From: Ranitomeya imitator
Lineage: Eukaryota
NCBI RefSeq assembly: GCF_032444005.1
Contig: NC_091288.1
Coordinates: 218,798,001 to 218,862,000 of the forward strand
Length of the DNA stretch: 64,000 nucleotides
Reading direction: 5' to 3'
Each line of letters begins with the position of its first letter. The stretch's first letter is position 1. The position numbers and the translations under genes were made by a program. Of this stretch, positions 61,601 to 64,000 are shown in pieces. Under the pieces are notes generated by a model. It saw only the letters and a list, made by a program, of their open reading frames with translations. It made no database searches and had not been told where the DNA came from.

Positions 61601-64000
61601 GTCTGCTGAGCTGTGTATCTAATCCTATCCTGTGTGATACTGACTGCTGAGCTGTGTATCTAATCCCATCCTGTGTGATACTGACTGCTGAGCCGTGTAT
61701 CTAATCCTCTCCTGTGTGATACTGACTGCTGAGCCGTGTATCTAATCCTCTCCTGTGTGATACTGACTGCTGAGCTGTGTATCTAATCCTCTCCTGTGTG
61801 ATACTGACTGCTGAGCGTGTATCTAATCCTCTCCTGTGTGATACTGACTGCTGAGCCGTGTATCTAATCCTATCCTGTGTGATACTGACTGCTGAGCCGT
61901 GTATCTAATCCTCTCCTGTGTGATACTGTCTGCTGAGCCGTGTATCTAATCCTCTCCTGTGTGATACTGACTGCTGAGCCGTGTATCTAATCCTATCCTG
62001 TGTGATACTGACTGCTGAGCCGTGTATCTAATCCTATCCTGTGTGATACTGACTGCTGAGTCGTGTATCTAATCCTCTCCTGTGTGATACTGACTGCTGA
62101 GCCGTGTATCTAATCCTCTCCTGTGTGATACTGACTGCTGAGCCGTGTATCTAATCCTCTCCTGTGTGATACTGACTGCTGAGCCGTGTATCTCATCCTC
62201 TCCTGTGTGATACTGTCTGCTGAGCCGTGTATCTAATCCTATCCTGTGTGATACTGACTGCTGAGCCGTGTATCTAATCCTCTCCTGTGTGATACTGACT
62301 GCTGAGCCGTGTATCTAATCCTATCCTGTGTGATACTGTCTGCTGAGCCGTGTATCTGATCCTATGTGATACTGACTGCTGAGCCGTGTATCTAATCCTC
62401 TCCTGTGTGATACTGACTGCTGAGCCGTGTATCTAATCCTCTCCTGTGTGATACTGTCTGCTGAGCCGTGTATCTAATCCTATCCTGTAATACTGTCTGC
62501 TGAGCCGTGTATCTAATCCTATCCTCTGTGATACTGTCTGCTGAGCTGTATCTAATCCTCTCCTGTGTGATACTGACTGCTGAGCCGTGTATCTAATCCT
62601 ATCCTGTGTGATACTGACTGCTGAGCCGTGTATCTAATCCTCTCCTGTGTGATACTGTCTGCTGAGCCGTGTATCTGATCCTCTCCTGTGATACTGACTG
62701 CTGAGCCGTGTATCTAATCCTATCCTGTGTGATACTGTCTGCTGAGCCGTGTATCTAATCCTCTCCTGTGATACTGTCTGCTGAGCCGTGTATCTAATCC
62801 TATATTGTGTGATACTGACTGCTGAGCCGTGTATCTAATCCTCTCCTGTGTGATACTGACTGCTGAGCTGTGTATCTAATCCTCTCCTGTGTGATACTGT
62901 CTGCTGAGCTGTGTATCTAATCCTCTCCTGTGATACTGTCTGCTGAGCCGTGTATCTAATCCTATATTGTGTGATACTGACTGCTGAGCCGTGTATCTAA
63001 TCCTATATTGTGTGATACTGACTGCTGAGCCGTGTATCTAATCCTCTCCTGTGTGATACTGACTGCTGAGCTGTGTATCTAATCCTCTCCTGTGTGATAC
63101 TGTCTGCTGAGCCGTGTATCTAATCCTCTCCTGTGATACTGTCTGCTGAGCCGTGTATCTAATCCTCTCCTGTGATACTGTCTGCTGAGCCGTGTATCTA
63201 ATCCTATCCTGTGTGATACTGACTGCTGAGCCGTGTATCTAATCCTCTCGTGTGATACTGACTGCTGAGCCGTGTATCTAATCCTCTCCTGTGTGATACT
63301 GTCTGCTGAGCCGTGTATCTAATCCTCTCCTGTGTGATACTGACTGCTGAGCCGTGTATCTAATCCTATATTGTGTGATACTGACTGCTGAACCGTGTAT
63401 CTAATCCTATATTGTATGATACTGACTGCTGAGCCGTGTACCTAATCCTCTCCTGTGTGATACTGACTGCTGAGCTGTGTACCTAATCCTCTCCTGTGTG
63501 ATACTGTCTGCTGAGCCGTGTATCTAATCCTCTCCTGTGTGATACTGACTGCTGAGCTGTGTATCTAATCCTATCCTGTGTGATATTGACTGCTGAGCCG
63601 TGTATCTAATCCTATATTGTGTGATACTGACTGCTGAGCCGTGTATCTAATCCTATATTGTATGATACTGACTGCTGAGCCGTGTACCTAATCCTCTCCT
63701 GTGTGATATTGTCTGCTGAGCCGTGTATCTAATCCTATATTGTGTGATACTGACTGCTGAGCCGTGTATCTAATCCTCTCCTGTGTGATACTGACTGCTG
63801 AGCTGTGTATCTAATCCTCTCCTGTGTGATACTGACTGCTTAGCCGTGTATCTAATCCTCTCCTGTGTGATACTGACTGCTGAGCCGTGTATCTAATCCT
63901 CTCCTGTGTGATACTGTCTGCTGAGCCGTGTATCTAATCCTCTCCTGTGTGATACTGTCTGCTGAGCCGTGTATCTAATCCTATCCTGTGTGATACTGAC
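58665..64000 (+). repeat. 41-bp satellite, ~130 copies, running off the window end
   Basis: Unit CTGCTGAGCCGTGTATCTAATCCTCTCCTGTGTGATACTGA. Confidence 0.98.

Overview
Repeat-rich vertebrate genomic DNA, most likely from a frog (inferred from the NLK paralogue, TTAA-flanked T2-type MITEs and the satellite types). Three protein-coding genes are supported, all on the + strand. (1) An 11-exon Nemo-like kinase of the amphibian/fish-type paralogue (nlk.2, called type-I NLK or NLK1 in much of the literature): CDS 11560-36653, 447 aa when spliced, TQE activation loop, C-terminus STAWHSSKVSKKEER, with a probable minor-spliceosome (U12-type) intron 3. (2) A compact C16orf54 orthologue (43786-44172). 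(3) A single-coding-exon sialomucin resembling CD43/SPN (47407-48330). Roughly three quarters of the window is tandem repeat (at least 12 distinct arrays, units 21-88 bp) or transposable element: Tc1/mariner, CR1 and L2 LINEs, Helitrons, piggyBac-like and T2/Kolobok MITEs, and a solo LTR. Nearly all long ORFs in the supplied track are artefacts of these arrays. The most notable observations are tandemly duplicated splice donors plus CTCF-like motifs after NLK exon 6; a satellite-filled U12 intron; NLK exon 1 isolated between two ~7 kb arrays; a fold-back element with satellite arms around a canonical CTCF site; an apparently indel-free 51-bp (17-codon) repeat; and synteny placing the NLK paralogue that mammals lack in the region equivalent to human 16p11.2. 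Homology calls rest on remembered protein sequences; no searches were run.
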